This document shows positions 40,306 through 48,843 of a stretch of 64,000 nt of DNA, piece by piece. The notes under the pieces are model-generated. The model did no database searches. It saw nothing but the letters and a program-made list of their open reading frames with translations, and had not been told where the DNA came from. The translations under genes and the position numbers were made by a program. Source of the DNA: an uncultured bacterium (GTDB lineage: Bacteria; Verrucomicrobiota; Kiritimatiellia; PWTM01); contig CAACVY010000003.1 in assembly GCA_900661335.1 (NCBI GenBank), positions 99 to 64,098 on the forward strand, written 5' to 3'. Every line of letters begins with the position of its first letter. Positions within the stretch are counted from its first letter, which is position 1.

Positions 40306-41664
40306 TTATTCGGTGTGTCGGAGGCGATAGAAGACGACGTTGGTGGCGAAGAGCTGAGGCAGCTCGAGACCGGTCAGTCCGTTGACTGCCGAGGTGACGG
40401 ATGCAAGGGGGAGCCAAGGCATCGAGCACGGCGTGAGGGTGATTTCGACGTGGTACACGCGCCCGCTGATGGCCAACCACTGGAGACGATGGCGTCCGTC
40501 AGCGATTTGAAGCCCTCGAATCTCAGGCGGGGGAAAGCTCGGATCGGTTATAACGCGGTACACGTCCGTGAGATGCCGCGCGCCTAGTGCACGGGCCGCG
40601 CCGGCTCCCCATGCGTAAAGCCCCACCCGGGCAGCCGTATGGCCGGTGGAGTTCCAACGCACCACGGGAAGTTGTCCAGCTCCCCGCTCTTCGAGCACTT
40701 CGAGCCCTCCGGTTTCGTGGTCGGCGGTGACCAGAACCAGCACGTCGTCCCGCGTGGACGCCCAGTCCAACACCTCGCGCGTGGCCGCCTCCAGTCCGAC
40801 CACCTCGTGAATGCAACGGACCAAGTCGTTGGCGTGAGCTGCGTGATCGATCCGCCCGCCCTCGATCATCAGAAATATCCCTTCCGGATGTTTGCCAAGC
40901 ACCGCCAGAGCGGTTCGTGTCATGGCCGCCAACGACGGACAGTGTCCGAGCCCATCGTGCTCGTAGGGGATGACCCCGACATCGAAGGCGGAAGCGATTC
41001 GCGAGGCACCGTTGGCGACCGCCGTGGCAAGCGAAAAGGAGTCGGTGACCACCGTAAAGCCCGCGGCACTCCATTCCGCAGCGGACGGCAAGGTGCCACC
41101 GCCAAGAACTACGTCCAGCGACGAGGCCGATAAGTACTGATCGGCGATGGAGGTGTAATCGTAGCGGCTACTCGTGTGGGCGAGCCAGGCCGCGGGTGTG
41201 GCGTCCACCATGTAGGACGTCGTCAACAGGCCGATGCGGCGGCCGCGGGCTGCCAAAATCTCCGCCGCCGTGAGAAGGTTGGAGCCGGATCCGGGGATCT
41301 CGCGGCTAATGACCCCATTGGCGACGCGGCGTCCTGTGGCCATCGCCGTGGCGCCCGCGGCCGAGTCGGTGATTTCCGAGCCTGCGGGAGTTGTGTCGAG
41401 AAAGGTCGCAAAGGGAAACGTCTCAAAAAGCAATGGGCGGCCCAGCCAAACCCGCGCGGCCGCCACTTGTCCCGTCCCCATACCGTCCCCGATGATCAAC
41501 ACCACGTGGCGGGGTAACGAATCTGCCCATAGGGCGATCGCCCACGCGCACCATGCCCATCCGAACGCCCAGCGCCACAGGCGCGTTACGCATCGGGGAG
41601 TGGGCGAACGACTTCGACCATTTTCACGTAGCCGATACGCCAACCCACGGACTGCCGGATCCAT
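40306..41664 (-). CDS. alkaline phosphatase (PhoA family) with extra C-terminal beta-sandwich-like tail
   Basis: IGDGMG, ITDSAAGATAMATG (nucleophile Ser), MIEGGRIDHAAH and VTADHETGG. The ATG at 41664 overlaps the upstream ORF by 79 nt, and no GTG or TTG alternative is visible before the signal-like WAFGWAWCAWAIALWA. Confidence 0.8.
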   Translation of the reverse strand: MDPAVRGLAYRLRENGRSRSPTPRCVTRLWRWAFGWAWCAWAIALWADSLPRHVVLIIGDGMGTGQVAAARVWLGRPLLFETFPFATFLDTTPAGSEITDSAAGATAMATGRRVANGVISREIPGSGSNLLTAAEILAARGRRIGLLTTSYMVDATPAAWLAHTSSRYDYTSIADQYLSASSLDVVLGGGTLPSAAEWSAAGFTVVTDSFSLATAVANGASRIASAFDVGVIPYEHDGLGHCPSLAAMTRTALAVLGKHPEGIFLMIEGGRIDHAAHANDLVRCIHEVVGLEAATREVLDWASTRDDVLVLVTADHETGGLEVLEERGAGQLPVVRWNSTGHTAARVGLYAWGAGAARALGARHLTDVYRVITDPSFPPPEIRGLQIADGRHRLQWLAISGRVYHVEITLTPCSMPWLPLASVTSAVNGLTGLELPQLFATNVVFYRLRHTE

Positions 41665-42098
41665 CGGACCTCCACTTCAGTGGTACCCCGTTCTGACCGA
41701 TCGTGCAATCGTCCGACCGCGCGCACCGTACAGCGCTGCACCGCTGTAGTGCGCCCAGGTTCTAACTTTGTGTTTACGTCGAACAGGTCAATCTGCAATT
41801 CGTGGACGCTGGCCCGAACCTGGGCGACCGCTTGACGAACGTCAGCTCGCCCGTGCACGGTTCCCAATTCCGGACGGCCGGATTCGACGATGACATCCTC
41901 GGCCATCGCGTTGGCCACGGCCGTGGCTCGTTGGGCGGTCTCGAACACCGACTCCGGTCCCGATTTTTCGAGCGTGCGCGCTAATCGCACCAATTGGGAC
42001 TTCAGATACCGTTCGTCGCACGGCCGTGTCAGCCACCAGCCCAACGCTCCCGCGCCCGCGAGCACGGCCGCTATCCATGTGCGGTTCCGAACCACCAT
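41586..42098 (-). CDS. membrane-anchored hypothetical protein
   Basis: The N-terminal TM segment is RTWIAAVLAGAGALGWWL, followed by a soluble domain of about 140 aa. It lies between lepB and the phosphatase on the same strand. No family was recognised; an NTF2-like fold is only a guess. Confidence 0.5.
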   Translation of the reverse strand: MVVRNRTWIAAVLAGAGALGWWLTRPCDERYLKSQLVRLARTLEKSGPESVFETAQRATAVANAMAEDVIVESGRPELGTVHGRADVRQAVAQVRASVHELQIDLFDVNTKLEPGRTTAVQRCTVRAVGRLHDRSERGTTEVEVRWIRQSVGWRIGYVKMVEVVRPLPDA

Positions 42099-42592
42099 AG
42101 GAGCTTTCCTGCGATACGGTCACGTCGGACCACTCCGCCCGTGTGCGAGGAGCGGGGCATGTCGCGGCGATCACCCATGACCAAGTACTCGTCTGGTCCT
42201 AACCGGAGGGGGGCGGAGTTCCAATCCCACTTCCAGCGGACATAGGGTTCGGGCCGAGGTTGCCCATTGACCCACAGTTCCCCGTGGCGGAATTCCACGA
42301 GCTCCCCCGGCTGGGCCAAGACCCGTTTCAAAAACAGGACGTGATCGCCCGCCAGCCGAATCATGACGATGTCGCCCACTTGGGGCTCGCGCCACCAGTA
42401 CGCACCCATCCAGCCAATCCCGAACGCGCCATTGGGAACGGTCGGCTCCATACTGGCGCCATCCACCCGGAACGGCCGTAACCCATGGCGGACCACCACC
42501 CACGCCACGGCCCCGAGGACGGCCGCTCTCCATAGCGTTCTTCGCGCCGAACGACCCCAGATCCATCGAGACCAATCCACCACACCATTCAC
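42071..42592 (-). CDS. lepB: signal peptidase I
   Basis: The catalytic Ser box is RVDGASMEPTV, followed by GDIVMI, FLKRVLAQPGE (the Lys box) and VMGDRRDMPRSSH. Only the C-terminal 170 aa or so of the 428-aa ORF is LepB-like. The start is probably one of the GTGs at 42592-42578. Confidence 0.75.
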   Translation of the reverse strand: MNGVVDWSRWIWGRSARRTLWRAAVLGAVAWVVVRHGLRPFRVDGASMEPTVPNGAFGIGWMGAYWWREPQVGDIVMIRLAGDHVLFLKRVLAQPGELVEFRHGELWVNGQPRPEPYVRWKWDWNSAPLRLGPDEYLVMGDRRDMPRSSHTGGVVRRDRIAGKLLWWFGTAHG

Positions 42593-42922
42593 TATCGTCG
42601 GGAAGTTGGCTTGGCGCAACACATGCTGAGGCTCGGCCCTCCGCGGCGCGTGGGCGTCAGGAATCCGTCCCTGCCCGGGACCCCGCGCAGGTTGAAGTGG
42701 CCTCCATGGCGAGCGTCGAATCCTTTCCAAGGCCGTGCGGCACCGCGGACTTTTTCGAGCCATCCAAGGCTTGGACGCGCTGAGCCCGTACTCGTCCAAG
42801 GCTTGGAAGAGATCTGCCCGTCCGGTTCCAAGCGTTGGACAGGTGCCGGCCACGGCGTGCGCGGGACGTGCGACAGGTCCCGAAGTGCACGCGACCGCAT
42901 TTTTTGATACTCTGGCGGTGGC

Positions 42923-43345
42923 GTGAAAAAGGTCTTGATCATCGACGACGACCCGGTCATCGGCCGGGTGTTGATGACGCCATTGCGGGCGCGGCAGCAC
43001 CGGGTGATCATGGCCCACGATCCTGTGCAAGGAATCCGCCTCGCGTTGACCGAGCGACCAGATCTCATCCTTTTGGATTGGAAAATGCCCGCGGGCGGTG
43101 GGCAAATTGTACTCGAAGCGCTGCGCAAGAATGTGTTCACCGCGATGATCCCAGTCATGATCATCACGGCGTTCGACGCGCCGGAGCTTGATAGCATCCA
43201 GCAGATGGGAAGCGTGGTGGCGTTCGTTCGAAAGCCGTTTGACCCATCCCAAGTGCTTCGACAGATCCTGACGGTCCTCGGAGAGCCCGACGCGGCGGGG
43301 CCCACGTCGACTCGGGGTTCGACCGACACCAGCCGGTCGTCGTGA
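42923..43345 (+). CDS. stand-alone response regulator receiver (CheY-like)
   Basis: GTG start. VLIIDDDP, the phospho-acceptor LILLDWKMP, VMIITA and FVRKPF. Confidence 0.85.
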   Translation: MKKVLIIDDDPVIGRVLMTPLRARQHRVIMAHDPVQGIRLALTERPDLILLDWKMPAGGGQIVLEALRKNVFTAMIPVMIITAFDAPELDSIQQMGSVVAFVRKPFDPSQVLRQILTVLGEPDAAGPTSTRGSTDTSRSS

Positions 43346-43355
43346 AAGGATCGGC

Positions 43356-44420
43356 ATGGCCTTGGCGCTCTATTTGATCGGCGCTCCCCGCAGCGGAAAG
43401 TCCGCGGTGTTTGACGCATTGACCCATACGCCGTCCGGCCCGCATTTTGCGACCAAAGGTGGGCATCGGATCGGTACGGTTAAAGTGCCCGACGAGCGGT
43501 TGGACGCGCTGAGCGAGCTGTTTCATCCGCAACGCACCGTGCCCGCCGAGGTGACGTTTGTGGACGTGGCGGCACCTGGCGGTGAAGCGGCGGCGTTTCG
43601 AGATTTGTTCCCTGTGTTGGGTACGGCCGATGCATTTGTCTTGGTCGTGCAGGCGTTCGGCGACTACGACTTCGAAGGGCGGCCGCTCGATCCGGTGGCG
43701 CAGCTGGAGGCAGTCCTGTTGGAGATGGCGTTGGCCGACTACGAAAAGTTGGACCAGCGACTGGAGCGAATCCGGGCCGATCAGCGGCACGGGGCGAAGG
43801 TTTCTCCGGCAGAGGTCAAGGTGCTGGAGGCTTGTCATGCTCACTTGGCGGCCGGGCGGCCGTTGCGTGCGTTACCGTTGCGCGAGGATGAGCTCAAGGT
43901 GTTGCGCACGTATCAGTTCCTCACGCTCAAACCGGTGCTGGTGGTGGCCAACATGGGCGAGGAGCGGTTGCGCGAGCCGAAGCCGGACGGCCTCGACGAA
44001 GCGGTGGCGGCGGCGGGCTTGGAGTTGATTCGGTTTTGTGCACCGTTGGAGGCGGAACTGGCGTTGCTGGAACGGGAGGATCAGCAAGCGTTGGCGGCAG
44101 AGTATGGCATTCGCGAGCCGGCCCGTACGCGATTGATTCAGGCGGCCTACCGAATCCTTCGCTTGATCAGCTTCTTCACCTGCGGCGAGGACGAGGTGCG
44201 GGCGTGGACGATCGTCGAGGGAACCACCGCGGCGGCCGCGGCGGGAAAAATCCATACGGATATGGAGCGGGGGTTCATTCGCGCGGAGGTCGTCCCGGCG
44301 GAAATGCTGCTTCAACGGGGGAGCTTGGCCCGCTGCCGCGAAACCGGCGAACTGCGGATCGAAGGCAAGGAGTACGTCGTACGTGACGGCGATGTGCTCC
44401 ACGTTCGGTTCAACGTGTGA
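43356..44420 (+). CDS. ychF: YchF-like (Obg-family) ATPase, divergent G motifs
   Basis: The C-terminal TGS/DUF933 block (FFTCGEDEVRAWTIVEGTTAAAAAGKIHTDMERGFIRAEVV...VVRDGDVLHVRFNV) matches YchF closely. The P-loop is GAPRSGKS and the G3 region is DVAAPGG rather than the canonical DIAGL. Confidence 0.8.
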   Translation: MALALYLIGAPRSGKSAVFDALTHTPSGPHFATKGGHRIGTVKVPDERLDALSELFHPQRTVPAEVTFVDVAAPGGEAAAFRDLFPVLGTADAFVLVVQAFGDYDFEGRPLDPVAQLEAVLLEMALADYEKLDQRLERIRADQRHGAKVSPAEVKVLEACHAHLAAGRPLRALPLREDELKVLRTYQFLTLKPVLVVANMGEERLREPKPDGLDEAVAAAGLELIRFCAPLEAELALLEREDQQALAAEYGIREPARTRLIQAAYRILRLISFFTCGEDEVRAWTIVEGTTAAAAAGKIHTDMERGFIRAEVVPAEMLLQRGSLARCRETGELRIEGKEYVVRDGDVLHVRFNV

Positions 44421-44489
44421 TCATTCGAACCGCGAGGTGTCCCTCTGAACTCCGTGTAGAGCCCTGCGAGGGCCGACCGGAGGCCGCCA

Positions 44490-47400
44490 TCAGTGCGAAG
44501 TAACCTCGACGCGGAGCTCGTTCGCGCTCAGATCCAGCGGCTCGGGCCACTCGATGCGGAGGCGTCCGTCGGCCTCCCACTCAGGGCTCATGGGGGTGAG
44601 TTCTCTTCCGATCCATGCGCGCACCGAGCCACGGAAGGGCGGGCTCAATCGCAGCGTGCGGATCCGCACGAGCCCTTGGCGCACGCGGAGACCGGCATGG
44701 AACTGGGATCCCTGCACGGTTTGCCAGTACGTGCCCCATCCCCCTGCGGCGGTGAACGGTGCACGGAAGTTTTCCGGACGCAACCGTGGCGCGAACGCCA
44801 GTTCACCACGTGGACCATGGTGTTCGTAGCCGCTGAGCGCAAGTAGCAGGGCGTAGGACGACATCGCTCGCGCGTAGTGGTCGCCGCATTCGACCTCGTT
44901 GTACGGATTCCGTCGGAGCGGTGAGTAGCGGTCGTGAACTGCCCTCGCGACGGCCAAGCCTTCCATCACCAGACCTTCCCAAATCATGTGGCTGGCAGCG
45001 GCGTATTCGAATCCGGTCATGCATTCATTGAAGTACCCGGCCGCCCAGTCGGGCCCGCGGCCTTTGGCCCGATCGTAGTCCCAGTCGTCCAGCGGAAAGG
45101 TGCACATGAGCAAGCCGGCCTCCCCGGCTGCAGCAAACCAACGCCCGGTGCGGTAGACTTCGCGGTATGCGCCGGCATCGGTCGTGAAGTTGTACGTCCA
45201 CAGCGCACGCAAGGCCGAGCGCGTGGCGGCTTCGTCCCACAGGCGCCCAAGTCCAACTTGCCAGGCCCACCACTGGCCGAGCACTTGGTCGATATGGCAC
45301 CCGCTGCCGGAGTTGATGGCTTCGGGATGAGCCGAGTCGGGAAGGTTGATGAAGTACTCGCCGTTAAACAGACGCCGCACGAACTGCTCTGCGCCCGCCG
45401 TGCCGATCGTTTCGCAGGTACGCGCGAAGTCTAGATCGCCCACCTCGCGGGCCATGACGGCGCCGGCCCGGAGCGCGGCCAAGTACATGCCGCTGAGCCA
45501 GGCGACCGGCCCGTACCAGTCGGTGTCCAACGTGTTGGGTTGGGCACCCTCGATTAGGCCGTCGCCGTTTTTATCCATGGTGGAGATCAGAAACTCCAAC
45601 GCTTTGCGTGCCCGGGGCCACACGGAGCGGAGCCAGGAATCGTCTGAGCACAGCCGATGCTCGCGGAGCGTGCGGAGGACCACACCCGCTTGAGCGTCCA
45701 CGGCCGGTCCTCGATTGAATTCGCCGCGGAATCGAATGGCGCCGGTGGAGTCGTCCATCGCCAGGCCGAAGTCGACCTGGGTGCGGAGGCGGCGTTCGAA
45801 CGTGGGAAATAGCCACGCCACCGCCTGCGCGTAGTGCCAGACGTGCGCGCAGGTGCCGGGGCAACAGCCCACGCCCTCCCAGCCATAGAACCGGCCATCG
45901 TCGAACAGGTAGCAGGTGTTGGTCGCGAGCGTTGCAATGTTGGCGCCGATTCGGTCCAGCAACCATCGAGGCAGCGTGGAGTCGTACCACGTGTCACGCC
46001 ACCGACGCGTGGCGCTCCACAGCTCGTCGTGACGCGCGACCAAGTGCTCGGCCACGGATCGAGCTCCGGTGAAGCGCGTGGCATAGGCTCGTCGCTTGGA
46101 GGTTTGAAGTGCTCGAAATTCTCGGACGTGGGTCAGGTTTGGAAAATACCACGCCAGAACGAAGGTCGTGTTCACGCGTTCGCCCGCCCGCATCCGGTGC
46201 GACTGCCATACAGCGCCGGTAGGGCTGGCCCCACTGGCGTGGGGGCACGCATTGGTGGCCATCCAAGCCAGCGGGCCGGCCTCGAAAGATACATGAGCGC
46301 GCGCGTCTCCACCTCCGATCACCGCCAACAGAATCTCGCCGAAATCGGGGCGCTCGCGTAACGGGGGACTGGTCGGGCCACGGTCGGTGAACACGATGCG
46401 GTCCACGCCAATGTTGCCCCAGCCGCCCGTGGCACGGTCGGCGATGCGTAGCTGCGCCTGGCGTCCCTCCCAGTCGCGAACATCGATCCACACCGGTTCC
46501 ATGGCATTCTGGTTTCGGCCGGCGACCGAACGCACGACTCGGCCTTCCACCAGGAGCTCCACGCACGTGGCGCCTTCATGCGCTCCGCCGCCGACCAGGA
46601 GCTGGATGTACCGGCGTTCGATCCGGAACGGCGGGCTAGTCAATGTTCCGACTGCCCGGTCTTTTTCTGCGACCGATTGGCCCGGGGCGGAGGCGTGGGA
46701 ATTGACTGCTCGCTCTCCCGACATTCGGAGGTCTCCCTGATAGGCCGGCACGTCGCTAGCGCGGACCGGTCCAGTCCCGAATGCCGTGCCCTCGGCAGTC
46801 CACGGCTCGTAACGGCCGCGCTCGAAATCTTCCCACACGATATCCGGCCGCGCGTCGCCGGTGACTTCGGGACCTTCATCAGCCGAGCACTCGATCCCGA
46901 CGCCCCAAGGCATGTGCGTCACGCGATTGATGCGGCGCTGCCCAGGTCCGAGTCCACTGTACAGAGCCACGGGGTTTTGCAACCATCCCACTAGATGCAC
47001 TTCGACCGGTTCTGTGCCGAGGTGGTGCAGCTCGTACCGCAGCACGGTCACTGGAAGTGTGGACGAAGCCTCGTCGAGTGGCACGAACGGCGCCCAAGCC
47101 TCCAGGGTGACTTCGATCGGGCAGTTCGGGTCGCGGTAGGTGACACGTCCGATGGGATATTCACCGAGAAACTCCACTTCGGCCCAGTCGTCGGCGGAAA
47201 GGCGCCGGGTGTACACGCCGGCGGGTCCACGCACGACGACGGAGAACCCCTGGTGGATTGGACTGAATGGCTCCATGGGGCGGAGATAATGCTCCGCGCC
47301 CGTTTTGGTTACTTCATTGAAGATTCCCCAGTACCACAGACGGCCGTCGCCTCCCAGGTACAATTGGCCGCACCCGATTCCGCCAATTGGCATACCGATC

Positions 47401-47597
47401 CATCGAGATTGAGGCCAGCGGACTTTCAAGGGTTCAGAATGAGTTGCTAACGAGGCTACCCATGTGGGGTCCAGCTTTTTCTCAGGGGGAACTAGCTTGG
47501 AAAAATCGGGTCGCAGTCGTCCGCCGCACCAACCCGAGCGCGTGTGCCCGAGCCATACACCTGCGAGCACGCCGCGAAGCCAATCCCGCCGTTTCAT
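44490..47597 (-). CDS. GH116-type beta-glucosidase (GBA2-like) with Tat signal and an inserted beta-sandwich module
   Basis: The ATG at 47597 follows GGAGGA. MKRRDWLRGVLAG is Tat-like. The GH116 N-domain motif is MPIGGIGCGQLYLGGDGRLWYWGIFN. The C-terminal (alpha/alpha)6 region contains WEGVGCCPGTCAHVWHY and GLIEGAQPNTLD. Confidence 0.8.
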   Translation of the reverse strand: MKRRDWLRGVLAGVWLGHTRSGWCGGRLRPDFSKLVPPEKKLDPTWVASLATHSEPLKVRWPQSRWIGMPIGGIGCGQLYLGGDGRLWYWGIFNEVTKTGAEHYLRPMEPFSPIHQGFSVVVRGPAGVYTRRLSADDWAEVEFLGEYPIGRVTYRDPNCPIEVTLEAWAPFVPLDEASSTLPVTVLRYELHHLGTEPVEVHLVGWLQNPVALYSGLGPGQRRINRVTHMPWGVGIECSADEGPEVTGDARPDIVWEDFERGRYEPWTAEGTAFGTGPVRASDVPAYQGDLRMSGERAVNSHASAPGQSVAEKDRAVGTLTSPPFRIERRYIQLLVGGGAHEGATCVELLVEGRVVRSVAGRNQNAMEPVWIDVRDWEGRQAQLRIADRATGGWGNIGVDRIVFTDRGPTSPPLRERPDFGEILLAVIGGGDARAHVSFEAGPLAWMATNACPHASGASPTGAVWQSHRMRAGERVNTTFVLAWYFPNLTHVREFRALQTSKRRAYATRFTGARSVAEHLVARHDELWSATRRWRDTWYDSTLPRWLLDRIGANIATLATNTCYLFDDGRFYGWEGVGCCPGTCAHVWHYAQAVAWLFPTFERRLRTQVDFGLAMDDSTGAIRFRGEFNRGPAVDAQAGVVLRTLREHRLCSDDSWLRSVWPRARKALEFLISTMDKNGDGLIEGAQPNTLDTDWYGPVAWLSGMYLAALRAGAVMAREVGDLDFARTCETIGTAGAEQFVRRLFNGEYFINLPDSAHPEAINSGSGCHIDQVLGQWWAWQVGLGRLWDEAATRSALRALWTYNFTTDAGAYREVYRTGRWFAAAGEAGLLMCTFPLDDWDYDRAKGRGPDWAAGYFNECMTGFEYAAASHMIWEGLVMEGLAVARAVHDRYSPLRRNPYNEVECGDHYARAMSSYALLLALSGYEHHGPRGELAFAPRLRPENFRAPFTAAGGWGTYWQTVQGSQFHAGLRVRQGLVRIRTLRLSPPFRGSVRAWIGRELTPMSPEWEADGRLRIEWPEPLDLSANELRVEVTSH

Positions 47598-47959
47598 ACA
47601 TTCCTCCGATCTGTGGTTTATAACATGATCGGCGATCCGCATGCCACTTCGCGAGCTGCGGGCGCGACTGGAGGGGAGCGAGCAAGGGCGCGGGATGGAC
47701 ATTTCCAACACTTCATGGTTTCGGCCGCGCGAAGTGCCCACAAACCCGCGAGCTTGTCTTCTTCGCTGGCCGGGCAGCGGCGGCCGGGAGAGCCCCTCCG
47801 CGAGGATGGGTTCACATCGAAGCTGGTGGGTTCCCGCACCAGTGCGGGCCGTTGCGCCGGTTGCGCCAGAGAAGCATGCTCGCTCTGAGGACCCCTGCTA
47901 GGATCTCGGGCGGCAGAAATTTGGCTTGGCATGGAGCATCAAGCCGGTATGTTGTGGTC

Positions 47960-48820
47960 ATGGCCGAGACGGTACGAAGGATTGCACCCGCCCCGTTCTG
48001 GGCGCATGTGGCGCCGTTCGCAGCGTTCGGTCTGATCTCGTATTTGGGGGATCATGGATGGGCGGCGTGGGGGATCGGTGCAGTGGTCGCGGTGGCACTC
48101 GCGTGGCGCTGGCAGCCGTGGCGGAGCGATCCTGCGACGTGGGCCCACGTGGCCCCGTTCGCGTTATGGATCACATTGATGATGTCGGTGACGGAGGCCT
48201 CCGCGGCGAACTACACCACCCGTACCGTTCTATGCGCTGCGCTTTGGATTTCGGCGCGTCCTTGGCGGTGGTACAACTGCCCGCACTGGGACCGGTGGCC
48301 CTGGGCCGTAGTCGTTGGAGTGGGGATGTGGGTCGTCTGGGTGGGGTTGGAAAGCGACTGGGCGCGTTCCGCGTGGCCAGCGTTGAGCGAGTGGTACGAA
48401 CGCTACGCGGTGGGACCGTTCCCCTCGGGTTGGGGGAAGCTCCGACCGAGTCTGGAATCCTACCCGTACTTGCCACAGCAGACCGGATGGATCCACTGGA
48501 GCATCCACATGCTGGGCACCTCCGTGGTGATCGCTACGATCGAAGAGTTTTTCTGGCGTGGATTTCTGTACCGTTGGCTGTGCGCCCCGCGGTTCACCGA
48601 CGTGCCACTCACCCACCGTGACGTGCCGATGATGTGGGCGGTGGCGGTTCTGTTCGGTCTGGAACACACGGAATGGGTGGCCGGCATCGTGACCGGATGG
48701 GCCTACGCCCTGCTGTTGCAGAAAACGGGAAACATTTGGATGCCGGTAGTGGCCCATGCGATCACGAATTTTCTTCTCGGCATTTACGTTCTCCGAACGG
48801 ACTCATGGTGGTTTTGGTGA
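47960..48820 (+). CDS. CPBP family intramembrane glutamic endopeptidase (CAAX protease/Abi-like)
   Basis: Motif 1 is IEEFFWRGFLYRW, motif 2 is FGLEHTEW and motif 3 is VAHAITNFLLG. The protein is polytopic. The ATG is at 47960. Confidence 0.8.
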   Translation: MAETVRRIAPAPFWAHVAPFAAFGLISYLGDHGWAAWGIGAVVAVALAWRWQPWRSDPATWAHVAPFALWITLMMSVTEASAANYTTRTVLCAALWISARPWRWYNCPHWDRWPWAVVVGVGMWVVWVGLESDWARSAWPALSEWYERYAVGPFPSGWGKLRPSLESYPYLPQQTGWIHWSIHMLGTSVVIATIEEFFWRGFLYRWLCAPRFTDVPLTHRDVPMMWAVAVLFGLEHTEWVAGIVTGWAYALLLQKTGNIWMPVVAHAITNFLLGIYVLRTDSWWFW

Positions 48821-48843
48821 CCTCGGGTTGCTGAAAGGCTCGC

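Noticed and set aside
42593-43357. The N-terminal 255 aa of the 428-aa ORF 42071..43357.
   Set aside because: This part is antisense to the response-regulator gene (42923..43345) and is not LepB-like. Only the C-terminal portion matches signal peptidase I.
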